Positions 50,475 through 61,815 of a DNA stretch of 64,000 nucleotides are shown one piece after another. Location of the stretch: assembly GCA_902793435.1 (NCBI GenBank), contig CADBDF010000001.1, forward strand, positions 2,418 to 66,417, in the 5' to 3' direction. The notes beneath the pieces are model-generated. The model was not told where the DNA came from, ran no database searches, and saw only the letters and a list, made by a program, of their open reading frames with translations. The DNA is from an uncultured Pseudomonadota bacterium (GTDB lineage Bacteria; Pseudomonadota; Alphaproteobacteria; Rs-D84). The translations under genes and the position numbers were made by a program. Numbering within the stretch: position 1 is the stretch's first letter; the number at the start of each line of letters is the position of its first letter.

Positions 50475-51560
50475 ATGATTAACTGTTTGACCCTGAACGA
50501 TTTTCGTAATCATAAAATTTCACGCATAAATGTGCGTGATGCAAAAAACATTATTATTGTTGGCGAAAACGGGGCAGGTAAAACCGCAATATTGGAAGCA
50601 ATTTCTATGTTGGCTGGCGACCGCGGTATGCGTGGTGCAGACATGAGTGAAATTGCACGATTTGATGGTTCTGGCGGTTTTTCGGTATATGCTGAAACAG
50701 ATGATGGGGATTCGATATCTGTATATTTTAATTCTGGGGATAATAATCGACATGCAAAGATAAATGATGAATCTGCGAATTTAAGCAATCTGGGGAAATT
50801 ATTACAAATCGTTTGGATTTCCCCAAAAGAAGACAGATTGTTTGTGGATTCTGGTGCCGATAGACGTGCCTTTTTCGACAGATTAGCCAACACATTTGAT
50901 ACAAACCATAATGGCAGATGTGCGAATTTTTCGAAATTATTAACATCGCGCGCATTTGCATTAAAAAATGGCGCAGACCCAAAATGGCTGAACGCATTAG
51001 ATGACCAGTTGGCAGCAGCAGCGGTGGCAATATCTGCAGCACGCGTGCAATACGCCGGTGAATTAAATTATTTTTTGGATAAATTTTCTGTATCGGTTGA
51101 TGGCTTAACCGAAAAAATGATTATCAATGGTATGCCGGTGGCGGCGGTCGAACGTGAATACAGAAATTATTTGGAACAAAACAGAATATTGGCTGGCGAC
51201 AAAATGGTTCTGGACGGACCACACAAGGCAGATTTTGGTATGTTTAACAACGAATTAAAATTACCTGTAAAACTAACCAGTACCGGTCAGCAAAAAATGG
51301 CTTTGTTTGATTTAATTTTGGCACATACAAATTTATTACACACAAAGACCAAGCGCAAATGTATTGTTTTATTTGACGAAGCCGCCGCACATTTGGACGC
51401 GGGTGCGCGCGCAAAGATTTTTGGTTCGTTAAAACAAACACATACCCAGGTTTGGGCAACAGGTCTGGATAAAAATTCTTTTATCGATATCGATGATGCA
51501 ATATTTGTCACTTGCAACAATGGTGAAATAAATAATATACTGTATGCCAAAGAAGGATAA
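50475..51560 (+). CDS. recF: DNA replication and repair protein RecF
   Basis: MINCLTLNDFRNH...GENGAGKTAILEAI Walker A and an SMC-like C-terminus. The ORF-track start at 50403 overlaps the tRNA and is rejected. Confidence 0.8.
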   Translation: MINCLTLNDFRNHKISRINVRDAKNIIIVGENGAGKTAILEAISMLAGDRGMRGADMSEIARFDGSGGFSVYAETDDGDSISVYFNSGDNNRHAKINDESANLSNLGKLLQIVWISPKEDRLFVDSGADRRAFFDRLANTFDTNHNGRCANFSKLLTSRAFALKNGADPKWLNALDDQLAAAAVAISAARVQYAGELNYFLDKFSVSVDGLTEKMIINGMPVAAVEREYRNYLEQNRILAGDKMVLDGPHKADFGMFNNELKLPVKLTSTGQQKMALFDLILAHTNLLHTKTKRKCIVLFDEAAAHLDAGARAKIFGSLKQTHTQVWATGLDKNSFIDIDDAIFVTCNNGEINNILYAKEG

Positions 51561-52026
51561 CATGGCACGAATTGATTACCAATTATTGTTGGATAATGCT
51601 TTAAAATCTGTGGTCAAAGATGCTTTGATTCATGCGCAAATAAATGGCTTGGGCGATGGGTCGCATTTTTTTATCACTTTCAAAACGCGTGATGCGGGTG
51701 TTGTTTTGCCTGATTTTCTGCGTATGCGGTATCCTGATGTTATGACAATCGTGTTGCAATATTCTTATAATAATTTGCATGTTTCCGATAAAGAGTTTGG
51801 TGTGCAACTGACTTTTGATGGACGACCATTTTTTATTCGCGTGCCTTTTTCGGCATTGGTTGAATTCAAAGACCCGTCCGTTGATTTTATTTTGACTTTT
51901 CAACATAAATCATCACCAGATGCCGCCGATAACGATATGGAATTGCCTTTGGACGGCGAAAAAGGTGTGCAAGATGATGCACGCGTTGTATCATTGGACG
52001 AATTTAGAAAACGCAAAAACAGTTAA
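51544..52026 (+). CDS. sspB: SspB(alpha)-like ClpXP adaptor
   Basis: Close match to the Caulobacter SspB-alpha pattern HFFITF...YP..MTIVLQ...L.V.D..F.V.L.F.G.P....VPFSA...F.DPSV. Confidence 0.6.
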   Translation: MPKKDNMARIDYQLLLDNALKSVVKDALIHAQINGLGDGSHFFITFKTRDAGVVLPDFLRMRYPDVMTIVLQYSYNNLHVSDKEFGVQLTFDGRPFFIRVPFSALVEFKDPSVDFILTFQHKSSPDAADNDMELPLDGEKGVQDDARVVSLDEFRKRKNS

Positions 52027-52074
52027 ATATATATGATTTTGATAAAAAAATTACCCGCAATTTATGCGGGATTT

Positions 52075-52599
52075 TTATTTATTCAATATTTCGCCACGAA
52101 ATTCTGGGTCGTCCAAGAAATTATATGAACAACGATACGTACAAAGATTTGCACACTGTCCAGGATTTTCATATTCACCACGATAAACCCATTTACTGGG
52201 GCTGGATTTATGGACATTGTTAGTTGTTGCGATAATTTTACACCAACAATTTGCACCACGCGTTTCGCCCGCCGCAAAATATGTATCCGTATTTTTGGAA
52301 TACGAATTACATGTGGCGGTGCCCAGAACCTGGGTTTCGCCGTTAAATGCATGCCAATCCCCAGGATTTAATCCGGTCGCATGACTTTGCGCGGTTCCGT
52401 CCAATTCAAAATACCCAGACGAAAATTCGCGCCATGCAATGCCTGTATCATCAATATACCCAGGCGCATTTAACTGTTCCAACAATGCGACATTTTCAGG
52501 AATTGGATTTGTATCAACATCAACATATTCAACATAACCGTCTGTTGCAAATGCCGGCATACAAATCAAACATAAAAAAATCGTAAATAAATTTTTCAT
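52075..52599 (-). CDS. Secreted Cys-rich hypothetical protein (174 aa)
   Basis: Signal peptide MKNLFTIFLCLICMPAFA and eight or more cysteines. Confidence 0.4.
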   Translation of the reverse strand: MKNLFTIFLCLICMPAFATDGYVEYVDVDTNPIPENVALLEQLNAPGYIDDTGIAWREFSSGYFELDGTAQSHATGLNPGDWHAFNGETQVLGTATCNSYSKNTDTYFAAGETRGANCWCKIIATTNNVHKSSPSKWVYRGEYENPGQCANLCTYRCSYNFLDDPEFRGEILNK

Positions 52600-52677
52600 T
52601 GTGTTTTATATTATATCACAAAAATAAATATAAAAAAAGGGGCGTTTAATCGCCCCCACTATTTTTTACAAAATCAA

Positions 52678-55077
52678 TTAAATTTCGGCACGAACCTCGG
52701 TGACCTCGTAACATTCGACACGGTCGCCTTCTTTCAGGTCGTTATATTTGTCGAAACTCATACCAAATTCAACACCATTTGATACTTCTTTGACTTCGTT
52801 TTTTTCGCGACGCAACTCGCCGATTTTACCGTCATAAATCACGACATTGTTGCGCAACAAACGAACAAAGGCATCTTTTTTAATTACACCTTCGGTCATA
52901 CGACAACCGGCAACACGCGTACCTTTGCCAACGGTAAATAATGCGATAACATCGGCATAACCGATAAATGTTTCGCGTTTTTCAGGTGCTAATTTACCCG
53001 ACAATATTTCTTTGATTTCATCGGTGATACGATAAACAACACTGTGATAACGGATATCAACACCGCCGGCACGCGCCATATCACGAACGGCGCTGTCGGC
53101 ACGAACATTAAACGCAATAATAACCGCACCAGATGCCGTCGCCAAACGAATATCGCCTTCGGTAATTTGACCAACCCCAGACGACAATATATCAACACCA
53201 ACTTTGTCGGTATTTATGCCGCGCAACATGTCGGTAATGGCTTCAACAGAACCTTGCACATCGGCACGCAAAATAACCGGCAACATTAATTTTTTAGATT
53301 CGTCACGTGCTGCGAACAAATCTTGCAATGATGAACGTTTAACCGCGTTGGCCTTATCTTTGGCCTGTTGCACACGATATGCGGCAACCTCACGCGTTTG
53401 GGCCTCGGTTTCCATAACACGCAATTCATCACCCGCAGATGGCACAGAATCCAAACCCAACACCATAACTGGTTGTCCAGGTTTTACAGATTTAACACGT
53501 TCGCCAAAAGAATTTATCAACCCACGAACACGACCAAATGTTTCACCAACAACAAAAACATCGCCAATTTTTAATGTTCCCTGCCTGATAATCATTGTTG
53601 CAACGGCGCCCAAGCCCCGTTCCATTTTTGCCTCTACAACATTGGCAACCGCAGGCATATCAGCGTCCGCACGCAAATCCATCATGGCCGCTTGCAATAA
53701 AATCGCCTCTTCTAATTTGTCCAAATTGGTTCTTTTCTTGGCAGAAATTTCAACACATTGAACATCACCACCCATTGATTCAACCTGGACTTCTTGTTGC
53801 AGTAAGTCAATTTTAACCTTTTCAGGATTGGCTTCGGGCAGGTCGCATTTATTTATTGCAACAATAAATGGAACATTTGCTGCACGAATATGATTTATCG
53901 CCTCTATGGTTTGTGGCATAATTGAATCATTTGCCGCAACAACCAATACAACGATGTCTGCCATTTGGGCACCACGCGCACGCATAGCCGTAAATGTTTC
54001 GTGACCAGGTGTATCCAAAAATGTAATCATTTGACCAGACGATGTTTTAACCTCGTACGATGAAATATGTTGTGTGATTCCACCAGCCTCGCCAGCCACA
54101 ACATTTGCATTACGGAATGCGTCCAGCAAAGATGTTTTACCATGATCGACATGTCCCACAACAGTCACAATTGGCGCACGTGGGGTTAGATTTTCTGGGT
54201 TTGGTTCGCGTTCTAATTGGTCGGCATACGGTTTAACAACAACACGTTTTACCGTTGCACCAAATTCGCCCGCAATCAGTTCGGCTGTATCGGCATCAAT
54301 AGATTGATTAACAGATACCATCATACCCATTTCCATCAATTTTTTGATAACATTGCCAACCTTTTCCGCCAGCGCATTTGCTAAATCTTTGACAACAATG
54401 GTTTCACCCAGATTCACAACACGTTCAACCTTTTGTGGTGCAGAAAATACCGCACGCGCCTTTTCACGAAAACGTTTTAACGATGCCTCGGACCGACGAC
54501 GGTTGGCGCCACGCAATTCAATTTCATCATCATCGTCATCGTTGCTGATAATAATGTCATGAATAGAAATTTTGCCAGATTTTTTGAAATCTTTTTTGAA
54601 AGATTTTGTATTATTTTTTGGCGTAGAATCTTCATCGTCATTATTACGATTTGGGCGCTGATGTTGTGTAAATTGTTGTTTTTTGTTGTTATTGCGTTCG
54701 TCACGAACAGGCGCAACATCGGGTTCAGGGGTCACATCAGGTTCCGCGTTTAATTCATTTTCACGCGCAGACAACTGAGATTTAACCTGTTCGTATTCTG
54801 CGGCCTCGCGGGCAATTTCAGCCTCGCGAGCGGCGGCGGCAGCAGCCTCGGCAGCCTGACGTTGTTTCTGTTCTTCTTCGCGAGCCTTTGCTGCCTCTAA
54901 AACGGCACGCAATTTTTCGTCCGCAGCATTATGTTGCACAACCTTTTCAGGTTCGTCACGTAATTCATGACTGCCAGGTGCGACAATACGACGGCGACGT
55001 TCAACAAAAACGGAATCACCCTTTTTGCTATGCACCGCGTCCAAAGTCACAGATTTTCCAAGTGTTAATGTTGCCAT
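52678..55077 (-). CDS. infB: Translation initiation factor IF-2
   Basis: G domain [14 protein letters not shown]; 799 aa; directly downstream of nusA. Confidence 0.9.
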   Translation of the reverse strand: MATLTLGKSVTLDAVHSKKGDSVFVERRRRIVAPGSHELRDEPEKVVQHNAADEKLRAVLEAAKAREEEQKQRQAAEAAAAAAREAEIAREAAEYEQVKSQLSARENELNAEPDVTPEPDVAPVRDERNNNKKQQFTQHQRPNRNNDDEDSTPKNNTKSFKKDFKKSGKISIHDIIISNDDDDDEIELRGANRRRSEASLKRFREKARAVFSAPQKVERVVNLGETIVVKDLANALAEKVGNVIKKLMEMGMMVSVNQSIDADTAELIAGEFGATVKRVVVKPYADQLEREPNPENLTPRAPIVTVVGHVDHGKTSLLDAFRNANVVAGEAGGITQHISSYEVKTSSGQMITFLDTPGHETFTAMRARGAQMADIVVLVVAANDSIMPQTIEAINHIRAANVPFIVAINKCDLPEANPEKVKIDLLQQEVQVESMGGDVQCVEISAKKRTNLDKLEEAILLQAAMMDLRADADMPAVANVVEAKMERGLGAVATMIIRQGTLKIGDVFVVGETFGRVRGLINSFGERVKSVKPGQPVMVLGLDSVPSAGDELRVMETEAQTREVAAYRVQQAKDKANAVKRSSLQDLFAARDESKKLMLPVILRADVQGSVEAITDMLRGINTDKVGVDILSSGVGQITEGDIRLATASGAVIIAFNVRADSAVRDMARAGGVDIRYHSVVYRITDEIKEILSGKLAPEKRETFIGYADVIALFTVGKGTRVAGCRMTEGVIKKDAFVRLLRNNVVIYDGKIGELRREKNEVKEVSNGVEFGMSFDKYNDLKEGDRVECYEVTEVRAEI

Positions 55078-55106
55078 TAATTTTGTTCCCTTAATTTATT
55101 TTTTGT

Positions 55107-56639
55107 TTAGTCTTGTTTAATACCGTATGCCAATTCACGTGCCTTCATAATTACACGACCAGCCAAACGCGATGACATTGTATCTTCGCCCAATATTTCA
55201 ACCAATTCGTCTGCAGACAAATCAGCCAAATCATTCAATGTTTTAATACCAGCATTTCCCAATTTCATTAAAATTGGACGTTGAACAAACGAAAAGTTTA
55301 ATAAATCGTCACTCATGCCAATTGCATGACCGGATTCGATATAATCTTGTTCTTGTTTATTCAAATATTCTTTGGCACGTTTTTGTAATTCAGCCGCCAA
55401 TTCTGCATTGAAACTTTCGATAGATTCTAATTCTTGGATATCAACAAATGCGATTTCTTCGATTGTACGGAATCCTTCGTTGATTAAAATTTGTGCAATC
55501 ATTTCATCGACATCCAAACCACGAATAAACAATTCTGTTTTTTCTTTTGTTTCTTTGGCTCTGCGTTCTTGTTCTTCTTCTTCGCTTAACACATCGATTT
55601 CCCAACCAGTTAATTGAGAAGCAAGACGAACATTTTGACCACGACGACCAATAGCCAAAGATTGTTGGTCAGGATTTACCACGATTGCAGCACGATGATT
55701 GTCTTCATCAATAATGATTTTTGCAACTTTTGCCGGTTGCATCGCATTGACAATATAAACCGCAGGGTCTTCGGAATACAAAATCACATCGATTTTTTCA
55801 CCATTGCATTCGTTTATAACAGGTTGAATACGTGTTCCTTTGATACCAACAGTCATACCAACTGCATCAATAGATGGGTCGGTTGCTTCGACTGCGATTT
55901 TTGCATGCGACCCAGGTGCGCGTGATACAGATTTGATTTTGATAATACCCTCATAGATTTCTGGAACTTCTTGGGTGAATAATTTTTCCATAAACGATGG
56001 GTGCGTACGCGTTAAATAAATTTGTGGGCCAGAATTTGAACGTTCCACATTCATAATCAATGCACGCACACGATCACCGACAGCCAAACGTTCCCCAGGT
56101 ATTAATTCTGTGCTTTTAATATAACCTTCGGCTTTGCCGTTGATATCAACATAGACATTGCCAAATTCCAAACGTTTAACAACACCACTGACAATTGTGC
56201 CAATTTCGTCTTTGAAATCTTCGTATTGGTGTCCTTTTTCAGCGTCCCTGACACGACCAATCATAATTTGACGCGCGGTTTGAAACGCAACACGACCAAA
56301 ATCAGGTTCTGGTAATGGGTCTGTGACAACATCGCCAACAACCGGATTTTCAGCATATTTCTTTGCCTGGGCCACAGTCAGCATTGTATTTGGGTCGTAT
56401 TCATCACCCATTGATTCAGGTGATTCAATAACTGTAAATAAACGCTGGGTATGAATTGCACCGTTTTTGCGGTCAATAGATGCAGTTATGTTGAATTCTT
56501 CGCCATATTTATGCTTTGCAATTTTTGCAATCGCCAATTCCAAAGATTCAAACACAATTTCTTTGTCTATGTTTTTTTCAGCAGCCAAAGATTTAATACC
56601 TTCTAATAAATCTTGACGAGGCATAGAAACAAACGCCAT
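55107..56639 (-). CDS. nusA: Transcription termination/antitermination factor NusA
   Basis: S1 and KH domains plus C-terminal acidic repeats; 510 aa. No rimP is adjacent. Confidence 0.9.
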   Translation of the reverse strand: MAFVSMPRQDLLEGIKSLAAEKNIDKEIVFESLELAIAKIAKHKYGEEFNITASIDRKNGAIHTQRLFTVIESPESMGDEYDPNTMLTVAQAKKYAENPVVGDVVTDPLPEPDFGRVAFQTARQIMIGRVRDAEKGHQYEDFKDEIGTIVSGVVKRLEFGNVYVDINGKAEGYIKSTELIPGERLAVGDRVRALIMNVERSNSGPQIYLTRTHPSFMEKLFTQEVPEIYEGIIKIKSVSRAPGSHAKIAVEATDPSIDAVGMTVGIKGTRIQPVINECNGEKIDVILYSEDPAVYIVNAMQPAKVAKIIIDEDNHRAAIVVNPDQQSLAIGRRGQNVRLASQLTGWEIDVLSEEEEQERRAKETKEKTELFIRGLDVDEMIAQILINEGFRTIEEIAFVDIQELESIESFNAELAAELQKRAKEYLNKQEQDYIESGHAIGMSDDLLNFSFVQRPILMKLGNAGIKTLNDLADLSADELVEILGEDTMSSRLAGRVIMKARELAYGIKQD

Positions 56640-56784
56640 TTTTTACTCCTGTTGTTTATATTTTAATTTTATTAAAAGGGCGGGGTTTTTATGCCCCGCC
56701 CTTAAAAAAACTATTTTTTAAGAACACTTGTATTATGACATGCTTTTTTGTAATTGCAAGAAAATTTATAAATAATTTGACGGT

Positions 56785-57876
56785 GTGGGTTTTGGGCTCT
56801 ATACTTATTCTATTATGAGAATTATAAATAGGTATCTTTCCCGGCAACTGATTGCAATTTTTGTTATGCTGTTGCTGATATTGACGGGGTTGGCATGGAC
56901 CATGCAGATTATGGCCATGATGAAATTTTTATTAAATTATGGTATAAATTTTGGCAGTTTTATCGGTTTGGTTGCATTTTTAATACCTTTTATAATTTCT
57001 ATTATTATTCCATTTGTGACATTTATTGCGGTTATTTTCGTATATAATAAAACAATTGCTGATAATGAAGTGTCGGTTATGATGGCGTCCGGCCTGTCGC
57101 CATGGCAACTGGCCCGGCCGGCAATTAGATTTGCAACAATTTTAACCGTTTTGAATTTGATTTTAAATATTTGGTTGGTGCCAATCAGTCAAAGTTATTT
57201 TTATGACACACAATGGAACCTGCGTTATGGATTGGCACATTTAAAAGTTCAAGAATCTGCATTTACAAATATTACCGATGGTTTGGTCGTTTATGTTGAT
57301 AAGGTTTCTGGACACGACATGTCCCAGGTTATGCTATCCGATACACGAAACGAAAAAAATAATATGGTTGTTTTTGCAGAAACTGGAAAATTGGTGACAA
57401 CACCACGCGGTTTATCAATTGTTATGGAAAACGGCTCTTTGCAATCACATGGTCGCGCAATGGTGACCGGAACATTTGACACATTTGATATGGATTTAGG
57501 ATTGGCAGAACAAGAAAATTCGGGGGCTTTTCGTGTGCGTAGAATTTCATCTGGTAATTTATTGAAATATGTTCGCAACCCTGTTGGCGATGCCAAGCAA
57601 CAAAAGGCTGTTTTGAGCGAATTAAGCAATCGATTTTTGATGCCGTTTATGAATTTAATTTTGGCAATTGTGTGTGCAACAATATTATTAAAAACATCTT
57701 TGTTGCGTCGTCGCGCCAGTTTTTCACCTGCGATGGCGGTGTTGTCTATGGCAATTTTAATGACATTGTATATGACATCTGCAAATATGTTAGTATCGTT
57801 AAATGACTTTTATATACTGGCATTTGGGGTATTTTTGGTATTGGGTGTATCCATAATGGTATTACGCAAAAAATGA
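56785..57876 (+). CDS. LPS export permease, LptF/LptG (YjgP/YjgQ) family
   Basis: MRIINRYLSRQL start typical of the family; six TM helices with a periplasmic beta-jellyroll region. Confidence 0.7.
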   Translation: MGFGLYTYSIMRIINRYLSRQLIAIFVMLLLILTGLAWTMQIMAMMKFLLNYGINFGSFIGLVAFLIPFIISIIIPFVTFIAVIFVYNKTIADNEVSVMMASGLSPWQLARPAIRFATILTVLNLILNIWLVPISQSYFYDTQWNLRYGLAHLKVQESAFTNITDGLVVYVDKVSGHDMSQVMLSDTRNEKNNMVVFAETGKLVTTPRGLSIVMENGSLQSHGRAMVTGTFDTFDMDLGLAEQENSGAFRVRRISSGNLLKYVRNPVGDAKQQKAVLSELSNRFLMPFMNLILAIVCATILLKTSLLRRRASFSPAMAVLSMAILMTLYMTSANMLVSLNDFYILAFGVFLVLGVSIMVLRKK

Positions 57877-59888
57877 AAAAAGGCATTATTAATTTTTGGT
57901 TAGTGTTTTTATATTGTGCAACTGCAAATGCGTTGCCTGGGGCGGTTAATGTTGATGAACCCAAGACGATTGTGGCTGATAAAATCGAATATGATTTACA
58001 TAGTGCAGAAATAAAAACAGTTGGAAAAACAACGGTCACGAATCAATCAGGACAAACATTAAAACTAACAGATTCCAGTTTTTCTAATCGTGGAACAAAA
58101 ATAGATGGCAAAGATGTTGAATTATGGTTGGGTGACCATGTTTATATTAGTGCAGAATCCATCACACGCGATGGCGATTTGACCGTTGCAAAACATGCGG
58201 TATTTACCGCGTGTGATGGTTGTGATTCATTTGGTAATGCATGGGAAATTTCTGCATCAAAAATTAAACACGATTACGCAGAACGCAATTTATATTTTTA
58301 TAATCCTGTGTTATGGGTATATGAATTGCCGGTGTTCTGGTTTCCATATTATTCTATGCCAGACCCAGGTGTTAAATATCGTTCTGGTTTGTTGATGCCT
58401 GATTTCCGTTCCACAAACAACATGGGAACACAAATAAATATTCCGTTGTATTTAAATTTCAGTGATTATCATGACGCAACGGTGACATTGTCTTATTTAA
58501 CCGCAGAAAACCCATTAATTCAGTTAGAACATCGGTTAAATGGCGAACATAGTGAATACAGAACACGCGGGTCTTTTACGCAAAATCGTAATGGTGAAAA
58601 CCGGTGGCATATATTTAATAATGATGTTATCGAATTTGGTGAATATACACGTATGAAGGTTGCTTTGGAACGCGTGTCCGACAAGACATATTTGCAAAAA
58701 TATGGATTTTATGATGACCAACCGTATTTGGATTCTGGGGCAGAAATAGAATTATTTGGGCAATCAGGTTATATTGTTGCAGATACGCACATATTCCAGG
58801 AATTGCGTGATTCTAATTCAAATGAAGCAACCGTTAATGGAAACATTTTACCAAATATACGTGGCGTTTTTCAAACCGCACCGATATTCCAAGAAACCTA
58901 TGCGATATTTGCGAGTGATATTTTGGCGGTTGATGGACATGATAATACATCAATGCAACGCGTGATTGGTGATGCACGAATTGTTTCGCCATGGACATTA
59001 TGGGGCGGAAACAGATTTACACTCAGTTTGGATACACGATATGATGTTTATAATTTCAGGAATTATAATTTAATAGATACCCCAGAATATACCGGTATGA
59101 AAAATAGATTTTTACCATCAGGTTATGCAGAGTGGTCTTTGCCGTTATTTCGTCCCGGACACACATGGACACACATTATTGAACCACGTGCCAGAATTAC
59201 GGTTATGCGTCACACAGAAACCCAAGAATTATTTGCAACACGCGAAGCCAGCGATTCTGCAGGTGCATTATTATCCGATACAACTTTATTTTCAAACAAT
59301 CGTTTTGCCGGGTATGATTTGTGGGAAAATGGGACGTTTGCTGACTATGGGGTGCGTTGGGCAACATTTAGTAATGACGGTGAATCCGCAGAAGTATTTT
59401 TAGGTCAAAGTTATGATTTAAGTGCGCGCGCAAAAACCGATCCAAACAGCGGATTTCACAAAGATGCGTCTGATTATGTTGGACGGGTTAGTTTGGATAA
59501 TGGTTCTTGGTTAGGATTAAATTCCAGATTCCGTCTGGATCGCGATTCTTTGGCATTACGCCATATTGAAACAGATGGTCGCATTGGAACGTCACATAAT
59601 TATATATATGTCGGGCACATTTGGTCAGAACAATTAGATGAAGCATTTTTGGGTCAAGATATAAATGAAACCGCTGGTGGTCTCAGGATTCAATTAACAG
59701 AACGGTTGTCTTTTAATTTTGATGCGATATATAATAACACGTATAACCAATTCCAAAGACACTCTGGACAGTTGTATTATAAACACCCATGCTATTTCTT
59801 GTCATTGGGATATCATCGTGATTACGCAATTCGCGAAGATTATACAGGAAACACAACATTCCAGTTCAGGTTTGGTTTAGATTATTAA
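57873..59888 (+). CDS. lptD: LPS-assembly protein LptD
   Basis: Signal peptide, an OstA-like N-terminal domain and a large C-terminal beta-barrel. Canonical position upstream of surA. Confidence 0.75.
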   Translation: MKKGIINFWLVFLYCATANALPGAVNVDEPKTIVADKIEYDLHSAEIKTVGKTTVTNQSGQTLKLTDSSFSNRGTKIDGKDVELWLGDHVYISAESITRDGDLTVAKHAVFTACDGCDSFGNAWEISASKIKHDYAERNLYFYNPVLWVYELPVFWFPYYSMPDPGVKYRSGLLMPDFRSTNNMGTQINIPLYLNFSDYHDATVTLSYLTAENPLIQLEHRLNGEHSEYRTRGSFTQNRNGENRWHIFNNDVIEFGEYTRMKVALERVSDKTYLQKYGFYDDQPYLDSGAEIELFGQSGYIVADTHIFQELRDSNSNEATVNGNILPNIRGVFQTAPIFQETYAIFASDILAVDGHDNTSMQRVIGDARIVSPWTLWGGNRFTLSLDTRYDVYNFRNYNLIDTPEYTGMKNRFLPSGYAEWSLPLFRPGHTWTHIIEPRARITVMRHTETQELFATREASDSAGALLSDTTLFSNNRFAGYDLWENGTFADYGVRWATFSNDGESAEVFLGQSYDLSARAKTDPNSGFHKDASDYVGRVSLDNGSWLGLNSRFRLDRDSLALRHIETDGRIGTSHNYIYVGHIWSEQLDEAFLGQDINETAGGLRIQLTERLSFNFDAIYNNTYNQFQRHSGQLYYKHPCYFLSLGYHRDYAIREDYTGNTTFQFRFGLDY

Positions 59889-59903
59889 TTAAAGGAAGGA
59901 AAG

Positions 59904-60725
59904 ATGAAAAAATATATTATTGCAATGTTATGTATGTTTTTGATGTTGCCAGCAAATGCAACAACTGTTGTTGCAACAGTAAATGGCAAAGTTATTACAG
60001 ACGCAGATATTACAGCAAGAACAAAACTAATGTCATACCAAGGTAAAATATCAACTGATAATCGACGCGTTGCATTGCAAAATATTATTGATGATGTGGT
60101 TAAATTAAACTATGCCAGTAATTTTGGTGTAAATATACCTGATAAAGATGTTGATGCAGAAATAAAACGTATGAATTTACCAGAACTTTCCACAAATGAA
60201 AAAAATATTGCGCGCGATGCCGTACGCGCCGGTATTGCATGGCAGATTGTTGTTGCAAAAACTGTATTGCCAATGGTTGATGTGACCGATGCAGATATTG
60301 CCGCAGAACGCACTGAATTGGCACGAGACCGCGGTTTGCCTTTAAATGTGACATTGGTGCGATTGGTTGATGTTCCGGAATCTGTGCGTGCAAATTTAAG
60401 TTCGCCAAAAAACTGTGATGATGCAATGCGTATGGCGGAAAACTTTGGTGGCGCGCCACAAAAAATTACCGCGAAACAATATGAATTATCCCCAGATGTC
60501 AGGGACGCAATCGCCGAATTACCAAAATTAACATGGTCTAAGCCGGTAAATTCGTCTGTATTTTTGGTGTGTGACACAAAAAAGACAGATGAATATAAAA
60601 ACCTGGATAAAATCATTAAACAAAATGCCGAATACAAACAGGCTATGTTTATGGCAGACCAACAACTAAAACAATTACGGCGTCGTGCTATGATTGTTAT
60701 TAAGGACGAAAGATATAAATTATGA
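59904..60725 (+). CDS. SurA N-terminal-domain chaperone-like protein (no obvious PPIase domain)
   Basis: Signal peptide and SurA_N-like helical region; synteny after lptD. Confidence 0.5.
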   Translation: MKKYIIAMLCMFLMLPANATTVVATVNGKVITDADITARTKLMSYQGKISTDNRRVALQNIIDDVVKLNYASNFGVNIPDKDVDAEIKRMNLPELSTNEKNIARDAVRAGIAWQIVVAKTVLPMVDVTDADIAAERTELARDRGLPLNVTLVRLVDVPESVRANLSSPKNCDDAMRMAENFGGAPQKITAKQYELSPDVRDAIAELPKLTWSKPVNSSVFLVCDTKKTDEYKNLDKIIKQNAEYKQAMFMADQQLKQLRRRAMIVIKDERYKL

Positions 60726-61813
60726 AACCTGTTTTATTTTCATTTAATGATGCAGAATTACAAAAATTCGTTATGGACATGGGCGAGCCCAAATTTCGCG
60801 CCGCGCAAATTCGCGATTGGTTGCAACGCGGGGCACCTGATGCAGCATCTATGAAAAATTTGCCTGCAAACTTGCGTGAAAAACTTGATTTGGTTGCACA
60901 AACTTTACCCGTTAAAATTGTTAAAAAACTGCAATCTGGGGACGGGGAAACAACCAAATTTTTATTAGAATTAAATGACGCTGAACAAATCGAGTGCGTG
61001 TTAATGCGAACAACATACGGAAATTCTGTGTGTGTATCCAGTCAGGCCGGTTGTGCCATGGGATGTAAATTTTGTGCCAGCACTTTATTGGGATTAAAAC
61101 GCAATTTGACCCCAGATGAAATATATTCACAAATTTTGGTTGCACAATGGGAATTACGAAATGGCGATGTAAAAATTCGTGCAAATGGTGACGCAAATAA
61201 CAATGATGTTTCGCATATTGTTGTTATGGGAACGGGCGAACCATTGCAAAACACCGAAAATGTTATTGGATTTCTGGAACGCGCAAATAGCGAATTAAAT
61301 ATTTCTTGGCGACGCATGACGGTTTCAACATGTGGAATTGTACCGGGAATTTATGATTTAATAAAATGGGGACGACCGATAAATTTGGCGGTATCATTGC
61401 ATGCACCAACCGACGAATTACGTTCAACAATAATGCCAATCAATAACAAATATAAAATTGCAGAGGTTTTAACGGCAGCAGACGAATTTACAAATTTGCA
61501 CAATCGCCAATTAATGATTGAATATATTTTATTAGGTAAAAAAGATAAAAATGGCGAAACAATATTATACAACTGCACACCAGAATATGCCGAAACTTTA
61601 TCAAAATTATTGACTGGTAAAAATTGTATGGTAAATTTAATTCCATGGAACGCGGTTGATGAACGCGATTTTGTGTCCCCCTCTGGCAACGCCGTTCATC
61701 GTTTCCAAGATATTTTAATTAAAAACGGAATACATACACGCATACGGCGAGAGAGAGGGACCGATATTGGTTCTGCATGTGGGCAACTGCGATTGAATAA
61801 CAAAAAGGATTAA
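60722..61813 (+). CDS. rlmN: 23S rRNA/tRNA m2A methyltransferase RlmN (radical SAM)
   Basis: CAMGCKFCAS radical-SAM cysteine motif and a C-terminal GSACGQL. Confidence 0.85.
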   Translation: MKPVLFSFNDAELQKFVMDMGEPKFRAAQIRDWLQRGAPDAASMKNLPANLREKLDLVAQTLPVKIVKKLQSGDGETTKFLLELNDAEQIECVLMRTTYGNSVCVSSQAGCAMGCKFCASTLLGLKRNLTPDEIYSQILVAQWELRNGDVKIRANGDANNNDVSHIVVMGTGEPLQNTENVIGFLERANSELNISWRRMTVSTCGIVPGIYDLIKWGRPINLAVSLHAPTDELRSTIMPINNKYKIAEVLTAADEFTNLHNRQLMIEYILLGKKDKNGETILYNCTPEYAETLSKLLTGKNCMVNLIPWNAVDERDFVSPSGNAVHRFQDILIKNGIHTRIRRERGTDIGSACGQLRLNNKKD

Positions 61814-61815
61814 AT

